DNA of 64,000 nucleotides from Octopus sinensis (taxonomy: Eukaryota). A model generated the notes under the pieces. It was given only the letters and a program-made list of their open reading frames with translations, was not told the origin of the DNA and did not search any database. A program made the translations under genes and the position numbers. Positions 13,835-27,072 of the stretch are shown here, piece by piece; the first letter of the stretch is position 1; each line of letters begins with the position of its first letter. The stretch covers positions 68,138,001 through 68,202,000 of the forward strand of contig NC_043002.1 of the NCBI RefSeq assembly GCF_006345805.1, read 5' to 3'.

Positions 13835-14646
13835 TATATATACACATGTCACCTTACTGGCACTTGTGCCAGTGGCATGTGAAAAAATATTAGAGCGAGG
13901 TCATTGCCAGTGCCGCTGTACTGGCTCCTGTGCTGGTGGCACGTAAAAAATACCATTTGAGCGTGGCCGTTACCAGTACCACCTGACTGGCCCTCGTGCC
14001 GGTGGTATGTAAAAGCACCCACTACCCTCTCGGAGTGGTTGGCGTTAGGAAGGGCATCCAGCTGTAGAAACTCTGCCAGATCAGATTGGAGCCTGGTGCA
14101 GCAATCTGGTTTGCCAGTCCTCAGTCAAATCGTCCAACCCATGCCAGCATGGAAAGCGGATGTTAAACAATGGTGATGATATCATCATCATTGTTGTTTA
14201 ACATCTGCTTTTGATGCTGGCATAGGCGGGACGGTTTGACAGGAGCTGGCCAGGCAGAAGCCTGCCCCAGACTTCTGTAACTGTTTTGGCAGGATTTTTA
14301 CAGCTGGATGCCCTTCCTATCATCAACCATTCAGCAGTTATATACATATAACTGTCACTGCCTTGGTTACAGCAACAAGGGTTCCAGTTGATTTAATTAA
14401 CAGAACAACCTGCTCATGTAATTAACGTGCAAGTAGCTGAGCCACTCCACAGACACACAGGCATTAAATTCAGCATGACACAGAATATGATAAGGCAGAC
14501 GCATTCAATTACAGGTACAACTCATTTTTGCCAGCTGAGTGGACTAGAGGAATGTGAAATAAAGTGTCTCGCTCAAGGACACAATGTGACACCAAGAATC
14601 GAACTTGTGACCTTATGATTGCAAGCTGGATACCCCAACCACTAAG

Positions 14647-14687
<41 letters not shown>

Positions 14688-17600
14688 CGCGCAGGCAGGC
14701 AGGCAGATATGTAGAGATACAGAAGAGAACTTCTGCTAGTGACTTTATGATATGAGGTAAAATTAGGTTTAGATCTGAGGTTTAGATAAAAACAAATACA
14801 AAATCAGCTTACAGGGTCTTGAGCCATCTGTGCTACGGAACAATTCTCTAAGCCATATTCTTGGGCAGCATATTTGGAGAGAACTTCTTCATCAGGAACA
14901 CAAATTCCAACTAAACAAGACTGATACATAAAACAAAATTTTGAATTAGCAAACATTATTTCAACTATTTCAGTTATTATAAGAATTTATGGGTATAACA
15001 GGAAACAGACAGGAATCAACCAATATTTAAAGAGAGTCTTTAATATGGACAAAATATTTTTGAAGATCATGTTATTATGGCTGGGTGGTTAAGAAGTCCA
15101 CTCCCCAACCACATGGTTTTGGGCTTAGTTCCACTGCAAGGCACTTTGACAAATGTCTTCTGATTATAGCACCAGGTTGACCAAAGCCTTGTGAGTGGAC
15201 TTAGTAAGTAGAAACTGAAAGAAGCTCATCATTTATACATGTACATATATGTATATGTATATATGCATATATATTTATATATTACTTATATTATTATGTG
15301 GCTGAACACATATTTAAATTTCATATATTGACAAGACCAAGGAAGGTCGAAATCACATGAGCTGGTGGTCTCGGTGCTGGAGTGACAGGGATTTATCTCC
15401 CCCACTAGCAACATAAACAAGAATTCATTCTGTACCAAAATATGAGTTTCTCTCCTGATATCTACCACAGTATAGTCTGTTCTAACAGAACATCCATATT
15501 TAAGTGGGGATAAATATTACCTCTTGGTATTAATATTGATTATATTGCTAATAAATATATTTGTTAATGTTTGTTTTTATGTTTGGTCATTATAAAAACA
15601 ATTTTACAATAATCTGAAGGGTTTACAATAATCTGAAGCATTACAATAATCTGAAGGGTTTTGTAGAGTACAGGTTTATTCAAACAAGAATATAGCTGAC
15701 AGTGACTTCGAAGTTTTGGCTGCAGCCAGTTAAGCCATCTGACAATGGCTTATCTGGGCAAAACTTTAAAATCTCTGTCAACAATATCCTTAAGAATAAA
15801 CATTATTATGATGGAAGGTCCCAATTTGAATAAGAACACTTTTAAAGTGAGATGTCATAGAACCAGAGGTGACCTAAGTAGTACCAACCTGTTTAAGACA
15901 TGTCTTAGACAGGTTAGTATGAAAAGGGTTAAAAGTTTAACTAACTGCTGGTTGCAGAATGTTATAACTAATTTAGTACATGGTGCAGAAGAAAAGAAGG
16001 GCAGCAGATGTTAATTTGGGAGTGGAATACTTGGATTCCTTGTTAATAAACATCAATAAAGCAAATCAATGAAATACTGAGAGCAAAAATTAATGTCAGT
16101 CAGAAACTTTAAACATATTATGATCATGCTAACCAGAAGCTAGAATTAAACGTCAATGACAAATATTACATAAAAAGGGAAATTCCAACTTACTTGCAAA
16201 CTATCTCCATGTATAAATATCTGGGCAACAAAACGACTACGAATGTAAATGTTTTCAATTTTTTCAGGAGCTATATATTCTCCCTGTTGAGATGAAAAAA
16301 GATTAATTAAAAAATTACAATATATTCCATGTTAAAATTAAAAATATAGAGGAAAATTAAAATAATGAAAAAAATTAAAGCAGTATTAAAAAACGATTTA
16401 ATTATATTTATTTTTGTATAAAAGTTGCGTAAGATTCCTGTCACAAAAACCAGTTTTTCTTTTAAGTTATTTATTAACCCCAACAGCTACAAATCTTAAA
16501 AATAATAATACAGACCAGATAAGTTTATATCTACTGCTTACATACAATTATATAGCTACTGCTTACATACAATTATATAGCTACTGCTTACATATAAGTA
16601 TATATGAGTGGGTGCTGAAAGGTTCCTGGTTTTAAGAGTATCGCAAAAGGCTTAGTTGGAGGACCAATCTTCCAAGTTCCTTTATAGGCTTTAGAAAAAC
16701 TGAAGGATCACTGCAATATGTGTATGAATCTGAGAGGGGAATATGTTGACTAAAATCATAATTAACTGATCCTTCAGTATTTTCTTTTACCCAAATCCAG
16801 GAACTTTTCAGCACTCACTCATATATCTATTGTTTACACAGCCATATTTATACAACCATCATGGACACACAGGACAGACAACTCATAAAAAAAAAAGCTA
16901 TCAAAAATTAGTACACCTACATTTACTTCTTTGAACTTATTTACTCTAAATGCAGTGACATTTCACATGTTCAAGTGGTAACACTTTATGTAGAGAAACA
17001 TGGAAAGGGACAAAAAGGCAGAAGGTGCATTGTGATCCTGTAAAAGTAAAGTAACCCACTTGGACATTACTGTCTTTGAGTCCTAGGATCTGTAGGGCCC
17101 ATTACTTGGTTTTCTATGGCAATTAAGAGACTGAAATCATAACATTCCCTCTGAATGAGATGTCAGTCATTAACTAACCATGCTCTTCCCATTATAAATT
17201 CATTAAGAAATGGTGGTGGACTAATTTTAACTCATAAAACAAATCATTTCTTTCCATGGAGACAAAGAAGTAAGCACTATTAAAACAGAAAGTTTAATTT
17301 ACGAAATTTAAAACTACCGTGTAAACTTTCTGAACAAAAAATACGGTGCATAAACAAGCATTACCTGTGATAGCTTAAAAATGTTTTTCTTTCTGTCAAT
17401 GATTTTCAAAGTTCCATTCTGGAAAGCAAGTGAAAATTGTTAAAGGAACAGCAAAACTTAGAAAATATAACTTGAGAATTAATAACTTCAAAACTGGCAT
17501 TTAACATATTCAATGAGAAGACCTGGCAAGCCAAGTGTGACCATAACCTGTGGCCTATGCCATGGGTGTAACCAGCCCACTTATGTGTACCTTTCCTTCA

Positions 17601-20600
17601 TTGGACACTGAACTCTGCTTGCAAAGACCTGTTGAGGCAAGTGAAATCTAAATCAAATCAAATTCGCAAATTCGATGACTGGCACCCAAGTCAGTGGAAT
17701 GCTAAGAGCACCATCCGAGCATGATTGCTGCCTGAGCAGCTGACTGGCTTCCGTGCTGGTGGCACGTAAAAAAGCACCATTCGAGCATGATCGTTACCAG
17801 CGTCACCTTACTGGCACTTGTGCCAGTGGCACATGAAAAACGTTCAAGCAAGTTCATTGCCAGTGCTGCTGGACTGGCTCCTGTGCTGTGGCATGTAAAA
17901 AACACTACTTGAGCGTGGTTGTTGCCAGTACCGCCTGACTGGCCCTTGTGCCGGTGGCACATAAAAGCACCCACTACACTCTTGGAGTGGTTGGTGTTAG
18001 GAAGGGTATCCACCTGTAGAAACTCTGCCAGATCAGATTGGAGCTTGGTGCAGCCATCTGGTTCGCCAGTCCTCAGTCAAATCGTCCAACCCATGCTAGC
18101 ATGGAAAGCGGACGTTAAACAATGATGATGATGATGATGATGAATGATCTTAATGATTCATTTTTGTCCACCATTCTTGTACATCTCTCATATATCAAGC
18201 CTACCTTCCCTATCAACCTTGCTTATGATCCTAATTTATCTCCTGTATGTTTATAGTTCACAATTTACAAAAATCCTACATACTTACCTACCCCTCATAT
18301 GCATATTGAACAACGTCACTTTAGTAGGACCCTGTCTTCTTCCCAACTAAAAGTTTAGTCTTAGCTAGGTTAACTATAAGGCCTCTTAATTCTAGGTTTT
18401 GCCTCAAGTTTGGAATTTCCTCTCCAAATCTTTGGCAAATTCAGCTAAAAAGAAGGACTGTGTCATCAGCATACAGAAACTCCCACTGTTATGGCAAGGG
18501 GAACTATAATAAATATAACAGGGCTGAAGACTGAGCTCTGATGTACACCTAATATTTCATTTAATTCAAAGTGTTCCTGACTTCTTACAATCTGAATTCC
18601 ATCAGCAGCTTAAATCTTTTATGACCATAGTTTTAATGAAAGACCCTGCCAGTATGTTACAATTAATTTTGAAAAATCAAGAATTCAAGAGGGATTTTTA
18701 AAAATAAATTAACTTCTGTATTATCAGAGCATTGAACAAAGCATGAGTATATTCACAGACATTCAATGTACATGTTTAACAAGTCTTTTTCTTCAATGAC
18801 TGATATTAACAAAGAAAATAAAATGTTTGGATTGTCTTTCCTAAATTGTTGAAATTAATCCAATACTTCAAAGAGTATAGTTCCTAGATTGTTGTAATGG
18901 ATTAATACTCCTAAATGAATATTCTTTTAAATTGAAGAAACATTAAGATTAAAAACAGTTAAGGCTGTAAAACCTTGAAAAGATAAATCCAATTAATTTC
19001 TCAAAAACATTGTTTGGTTTCAACTTGACTGAGTTTTAGTAAAAAAAAAGTTTAACTTACTGGTAACCATTCACCAACATCACCGGTGTGTAACCAGCCA
19101 TCACTGTCAAAAACTTCCTGGGTTTTCTCCTCATTTTTGAAATAACCACTGAATATGTTATCACCCTTGACACAAATCTGAAAATGAAGAGAAAGAATGC
19201 AATGAGTTTTAGTAAAAATGCAAGAAAATTACATTTCTAAAACATACATTTATTAAAACTGAAAATAATCAGTGTTAAAACAAAAAAAATGAACATTAGA
19301 ATTTTTAAAAACAATTATCTTTGCATACATCTCAAAATGACTGCTACATAGGGCAATGTAGTCTCTGATAAATAATTTTAACACCCAAACTCATTCTTAC
19401 AGACAAAAGCATGTAGGAATATACAAATCAGATTATATAAAATGGAGGGAAGACAGGGTTGTATGCAATATATACAGAGATGTATGTAATTATTTTAAAT
19501 TGCAGAAAAATAATCATATGAAGATACACAAATATAGAATTGAATCAAAAGAGACAAAATACACAAGAAATCAATGAGGGCATCTCACCACCTACACAGA
19601 TTAGGAACTGCTGCCTAGGTTTGATCATGGCATTTCATGACTCTGATCATCTTCCATTTCTAAATACTCTGAGTCCAGATACTGAAATTAGTAACGTCTG
19701 AAAGAGCCCATGAGTATCTCCGGTGTCAGAGTGGGTGAGAAAAGGCCTACATTCTGTTAGTGGTGAAAGTACAACAGCTCATATCTCTATCAGATGGTTC
19801 TCACCACCATAATCCACATAACTGGAACTCATCTCACAAATCTGCACTTGATTTTCTTCCCTAGATTTGCAAGTCATTTGCAATTTGGAGTATTTTGACT
19901 TTTACTTATTTTCAGGAGGAAAATGGGCCCCTCTACATACACTTTCTTTTTAGGGATCTTTCCTTGGAATACACTTTCTTTTTAGGGATCTTTTTTATTT
20001 CTCTTCATTTTTTTCATCTTTTTTCACTTCCTTCAGCAATTTTTCCACTGCCCATCTTCCCTTCATTGCCCTGTAAAAGGTTGAAGAAGTGGTGAAAGAG
20101 TACAGCAGGGTTCAGCCCACCCCCACCCCACCAGAGCCTCGTGGAGCTTAAGTGTTTTTGCTCAATAAACACTCACAATGCCCAGTCTGGGAATCGAAAC
20201 CGCGTTCTTACGACCGCGAGTCCGCTGTCCTAACCACTGGGCCATTGCGCCTCCACTATATTGTTGTTGTAGCAGCATAAGGAAAGTACCTGCATTTTTA
20301 GAGATACAGAACTAGGTGACCTTCCTACATGTTTTCTCTTGCACACAGATCTCAGATGGTAGCGTTTTCCCTGATAAATATCTTAACCAGGTGGTTCTTT
20401 TCTTTATTAGCTCAAGACAAACTACAATAGAAACAACATTTTACATACCTCGCCTTTATTGTTATCAGCAAAATAGTTCATCTCAGGAATATCAGCAAGT
20501 TTTATATAGCTGCAACTTAATGGTGGACCAACTACTCCTGTAAAAATAATATATCAAAAGGTATATATGTGTGTATATGTGCGTGTGTGTGTGTGTGTAT

Positions 20601-20621
20601 GTGTGTGTGTGTGTGTGTGTA

Positions 20622-20652
<31 letters not shown>

Positions 20653-23600
20653 ATTTTTACTTGTTTTAGTCATTTGACTATGGCCAAACTGGAGCACTGC
20701 CTTTAGCCAAGCAAATCAACCTCAGGACTTATTCTTTGTAAGCCTAGTACTTATTCTAATGGTCTCTTTTGCTGAACCGCTAAGTTTACGGGGACATAAA
20801 CACACCAGCATTGATTGTCAAGCAATGTTTGGGGGATAAACACATACACACACATATATATATCTATATATACTTATAAATATATACGATGGGCTTCTTT
20901 CAGTTTCCGTCTACCAAATCCACTCACAAGGCTTTGGTCGGCCCGAGGCTATAGTAGAAGACACTTGCCCAAGATGCCATGTAGTGGGACTGAACCTGGA
21001 ACCATGTGGTTGGTAAGCAAGCTACTTACCAGACAGCCACTCCTGCACATACACACACACACGTACGTACATATGTATGTGTATGCATGTGAAGTTGTGG
21101 ATTTCAGGCAGTGAAAGACCCTATAACAGTTTGTTTGTTTGTTTGTTTTTTTATATTGGTTTTGTCTGCAGAAAGGGTCTGTACCTTATGGCCTTTGCAG
21201 GTACTGTGAGATAGGTGACATTGATGCCATTAACATAGCACTTGAATTATTGCAACAAATCAACCGTTAGTTATAAGAGAAATATTTAGAAGGTAGGGAG
21301 GACTAACATATTAATTAATGCAGAACAGAGGTGGAGAAAACAGCATGGGATATGAAAGGAGGAAAGATGAGTAAGTCGGAATATCTAAGTGAATATGACA
21401 TGAGATTGGCCAGTTCTAAAAAGCAGAGGTTATTGTGTTTAGACCACAAAGGCTTGTCTGTATGGGCCTCAAGCTTATGGTAAATATTTTCAAATTTAAA
21501 AGACCATTGAACAATTGATGGCTTTTAGACAATCCTTGGTGTTGTGATTTGTTTAATTTTTGCTTATATAAGCAGTTGAAAGGTTCAGGTAATTAGAGTA
21601 AGAACAAGGTGAAAAATTTTCAGAGAGGTATTACCTTTGTTAACAAGATGAGACTAGGGAGATTAGAGAATTCATGGCTAAAATATTCCCCTCAGAAGCA
21701 ACAAAAGGATGTAGAAACTAAACCTCAGGCTTTTCCTTCCAACAGTGAAAGAGTTCTAAAGATCAAGACTATCACAGATACATTGTAAAACCCTGAAGGA
21801 AGCAAGTATTAAGAATACATATATTTTGTTGCATTCCAGGAGGGTCAATATGCTAATAAATACATGCACTGGTTCACTTTCACTTTTTGTTGTTTATTTA
21901 TCTATTGGTTAACCATTTAACCAATCAACTAATCCAGTGGTTCTCAGTCAAGGTTCATATGGCCCTTAGAGGTCCATATAAGATTTTGTGTTAAAATTTA
22001 CAAGCAATGAATTATTTAAAGTTCTACAACATAGAAAATATTTTAACAATTTTTTAAATACAATTCCTAATAATATTTAATAACAAAAATATAATAGGAT
22101 TTTCTAAAGACAGAATGGCTATGAGGGTCCACCAGAGTAAAATACGAATCAAAGGGGTCCATGGGGAAAAAATGGTTGCGAAAAACTAAACTACTTAATT
22201 GTTTGATTCAATCAATCAATCATGCTTCTTAAAGTCCTTTCATCACCTTTCATGACCTGATCAATGACATTAATCAATTAATTTGATTGGTTAAATAGTT
22301 AACCAATTGACAAATAAATAGTATAAATAAAGAAGTGAACAAGAGTCAGTGCATGTGTTTATTATTGGCATAATGACCCACCCAAGATACAACAAAATAT
22401 GTTTCAACATACCAGTTCACATCACAAATCTTACAAACCAAATTAAAAAAATGAAACAAAACAAATCTTACCAATGCTCATATCTCCAAGATGCTGAAGG
22501 GTGCATACACCATGGGTTTCAGTTTGGCCATAACCTTCGATTATCTTTGAAAGTATAAAAAAATAAGCACAGAGTGAAACAGTTTAGACTAAAATAGCTA
22601 TTTTAAATACAATAATAGCTAAAGTGACAACTTTGTTAGTGAAGGTAAAGTTATTTAGTGACCCTGCCCGTGCTGGTGCCACGTAAAAAGCATCCAGCCC
22701 CACTGTAAAGTAGTTGGTATTTGGAAGAGCATCCAGCTGTAAAAAACATGCCAAAACTAACCTTGCCGGTGCTAATGCCACGTAAAAAGCATTGTGTCCA
22801 CTCTGCAGAGCAGTTGATATTAAGAAGGGCATCCAGCCATAAAACCCCTACCAAAACAGACACAGTAGCATAGGGTAGTTTTCTACCTGACTAACTCCTA
22901 TGAACGATCCTACCTATGCATGCATGGGAGATGGACATTAAACAATGATGATGATCCACAGTTCCCAACACTTTTTTTTGTACCATGGACTGGTTTCATA
23001 CAAGACAATTCTTACACAGACCAGGGGATCATGCACATAACAAAACACAGTGAAGTGTATAATACATAATTTAATTATTACATATATAATATGTGTGTAA
23101 TATGTGTGAGGCGCAATGGCCCAGTGGTTAGGGCAGCGGATTGGCGGTCTTAGGATTGCAGTTTCGATTCCCAGACAAGGTGTTGTGAGTGTTTATTGAG
23201 CAAATACACCTAAAGTTCCATGAGGCTCCGGCAGCAGATGGTGGTGAACCCTGCTGTACCCTTTCACCACAACTTTCTCTTACTCTTTCCTCCCCGAGAA
23301 CTAAGTTAAAGGTACACGTATCCCACTCTCTTTTCTCCCTCAGTCACTTGAGGCCCTTAACCTTGCAAGTTACAAAGCAATCATCACTGCTACTGATGCT
23401 ATGAAAAAAAAACACCCAGTACACATTGTAAAGCGGCTGGCACTAAGAAGGACATCCAGTCACAGAAATAGTGGTCATACTTGTCAGATCCCGTCAAACC
23501 ATCCAACTAGCGCCAGTATGAAAGCTGGACATAAAATATTGATTATGATGATGATGATATGAATTATAAATATTCAAGAAATGGTAACTTACCATGCAAC

Positions 23601-26007
23601 CAAAAACACAACGTAGAAATGAAAGAACTTTTGGTGATAATGGTGCAGAACCTGTCGTAATCAACTTTGTACGTCCTCCTAAAGTTTTTTGAATTTCACG
23701 AAAAATTAATTTATCCCACCAACTGTTATTGCGAAGAATACCTCTGAAATAGAAGACACATAAGAGCATAAGTATTTCAAACGATTCTGGTCTTAGAACA
23801 GGTACACTATTGTTGATACTAGTTTTGAAAATCAAAATTGAAATCGATCAACATCAATGGAAATTGTAGCTGTGATACCAGTGCCGATGGCACGTAAGAG
23901 AACCATCCGAACGTGGCCGTTGCCAGCGCCGCCCCGACTGGCTCCTGTGCTGGTGGCACATAAAATGCACCATCCGAGTGTGGCCGTTGCCAGCCTCGTC
24001 TGGCACCTGTGCAGGTGGCATGTAAAAAGCACTCACTACACTCACGGAGTGGTTGACGTTAGGAAGGGCATCCAGCCGTAGAAACACTGCCAGATCAGAC
24101 TGGGCCTGGCAGGGACTTCTGGCTTCCCAGACCCCAGTTGAACCGTCCAACCCATGCTAGCAAGGAAAACGGACGTTAAACGATGATGATGAGGCTATAT
24201 GGTTAAGAAGTTCACAATGAAGTCATATGGTTTAGTAGTTAGGGGTATTTAGCACATGGTTAGGGGCATTCAGAGTGGGTGTAAGATTGTAAGTTTGATT
24301 CCCAGTAGTGTATTGTGCCCTTGGATAAGACACTTTATTTTATGGGGCTATAGTCCACTCAACTAGCAAAAATGAGTAGTACCTGTATTTCAAAGAGCCC
24401 ACCTTACCACATTCGGCATGTCATGCTGAATCTCTCTGAGAGCTACATTAAGGGTACACATGTCTGTGGAGTGCTCAGCCACTTTATTCTTTTCTTTTAT
24501 TTGCTTCAGTCATTTGAATGCAGTCATGCTGGAGCACTACCTTTAGTTGAACAAATCGACCCCAGGATACATTCTTTGTAAGTCTAGTACTTATTTTATC
24601 AGTCTCTTTTGCTGAACCGTTAAGTAACAGGGATGTAAACACACCAACATTGGTTGTCAAGCAATGGTGGGGGAACAAACACAGACACACACACACACAC
24701 ATATATATATGACATCTTCTTTTCCGTTTCCATCTACTAAATCCACTCACAAGGCTTTGGTCGGCCTGAGGCTATAGTAGAAGACACTTGCCCAAGGTGA
24801 CATGCAGTGGGACTGAACCTGGAACTATGTGGTTGGTTAGCAAGCTCCTTACCACAGCAACTCCTGCCTGTTAATTTCACAAGCAGGCTATTCCGTTGAT
24901 CGGATCAACTGAAACACTTGTCATTGTAACCGACGGAATGCCAGTTTAAAGAAGTTCACTCCAGAATCACATGGTTTAGGGTTCAGTCCCACTGCAAGAA
25001 CAACATTTGCGTGTGGTCGTTGCTAGTGCATAAAAAGCACCATTCAAGCATGGTTGATGCCAGTACCTCCTGACTGGCCCTTTTGCCGGTGGCATGTAAA
25101 AAGCACCTGCTACACTCTCAGAGTGGTTGGCATTAGGAAGGGCATCCAGCTGTAGAAACCTTGTCAGATCAGATTGCAGCCTGGTACAGCCATCTGGCTT
25201 GCCAGTCCTCAGTCAAACTGTCCAATCCATACCAGCATGAAAAGCAGACATTAAACAACAATGATGATGATGATGATATGATACAAATACACAAAGATGA
25301 ACAAACAAACAGAAAGCCTTCTACAGAGTGAGAGAACAAAGACTGAATGTTTCTTTTGCTAGCAGTAATTACCATATTTGATGGCCTATAAGACGCACCT
25401 TTTTTTACCCCAAAATGGTCTTAAAAAACCTCCATGCATCCAATGCACTTAATGTAGGCTCAAAACTCGCTGAAAACGGTATGTATGTTTACAAAACATG
25501 TGCTGCCATCTATTGGTGAACAATCACCTACGGTATGTTTATATCGAATGTAGATGCAATAAATTGCTTATAATTACCAGTAATAACAAAACTATACAGG
25601 TAAGTGGAGGAATTAAAACATTATTTTAGTGGTAATTTATTTTACAAAAGTATAGTCTAGGCTAGGGTGCATCCTATGCACTCATGTGTCTAATAGGCCA
25701 TCAAATACAGTATATATTTGAAAGCTATATTTCACTCACAAGTATTATAACTTGTTATTCTTGCAGATCAGTGGGTGGGTAAGTGGGCCTTGCATTCAAT
25801 ACAGAAAACAGTGTCAAGAGAATACTTGACCTTTAGAGTTTCTGAGCACGACACAAATATGGCTACAGTTAAAGACACCTTGCTAAAAACAAAAATCAAA
25901 CTAAAACATCTTCTTCGTTGATAAGCAAATGTTTCCATTAGTGTCAGTTCTAAATTTCAAAACAGTCACACAGAAAAGGAAAATAAACTTATTACATAAA
26001 CCATAAG

Positions 26008-26038
<31 letters not shown>

Positions 26039-26924
26039 CAGCTTACCTTTCTAATTCACTTGCTTTGGCAGATAATGCCATGTTGAACACACATTGCTTT
26101 ACTTTGCTTGAATTTACTTTTTCTAAAATCTGTCAAAAAAAAATTTTTTTTAAATGTAAAATTTATTTAATAATGTTATTTCTTTTACAGAAAATTTCAA
26201 ATGAATTTAATCTGATTTACCTTGTATTCAATTGCTATCAACATAGTTTCAGTAAATAAATGTTCAAGATTAAAAGTAACAGCAAGCATTTAAATTTTAA
26301 CTGAGGGCAAAAAATATCTCAGCTGACTAAATCGAAACAGTTTAAATTGAAACTGTTTATCATTCTAATAAGGAATTTGAAATGAGAGACAACTGGAATC
26401 AGTTGTTTGGATACTGAAGATTTCGCATGACAGACTGGACATACAACCTACATTGACAGCATGGGAAGCAGATATATACATGCACACACACACACAAGCA
26501 AATGCACACATAGAAACATACACAAACCCACACATATACTCTTTTACTTGTTTCAGTCATTTGACTGCAGTCATGCTGGAGCACCGCCTTTAGTTGAGAA
26601 AAATTGACCCTTGGACTTATTCTTTATAAGCCTAGTACTTATGCAATCGGTTTCTTTTGCTGAACCACTAAGTTACTGAGACATAAACACACCAGCATCA
26701 GTTGTCAAGTGATGTTGGTGAGGACAAACAGACACACAAACACACACACATAGATACATATATACAATGGGCTTCTTTCAGTTTCCGTCTACCAAATCCA
26801 CTCACAAGGCTTTGGTCGGCCTGAGGCTATAGTAGAAGACACTTCCAAGGTGCCACGCAGTGGGACTGAACCCAGAACCATGTAGTTGGTAAGCAAGCTA
26901 CTTACCACACAGCCACTCCTGCGC

Positions 26925-27007
<83 letters not shown>

Positions 27008-27013
27008 ATATCT

Positions 27014-27072
<59 letters not shown>

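Noticed and set aside
15604-16595. Short tandem duplications (18-bp x3 at about 15604, 25-bp x2.5 at about 16530)
   Set aside because: Ordinary slippage repeats with no further structure.
20180-20254. tRNA gene candidates (also 23108, 33266)
   Set aside because: A and B boxes present but acceptor stems do not close and the sequence continues into repeat bodies; SINE heads.
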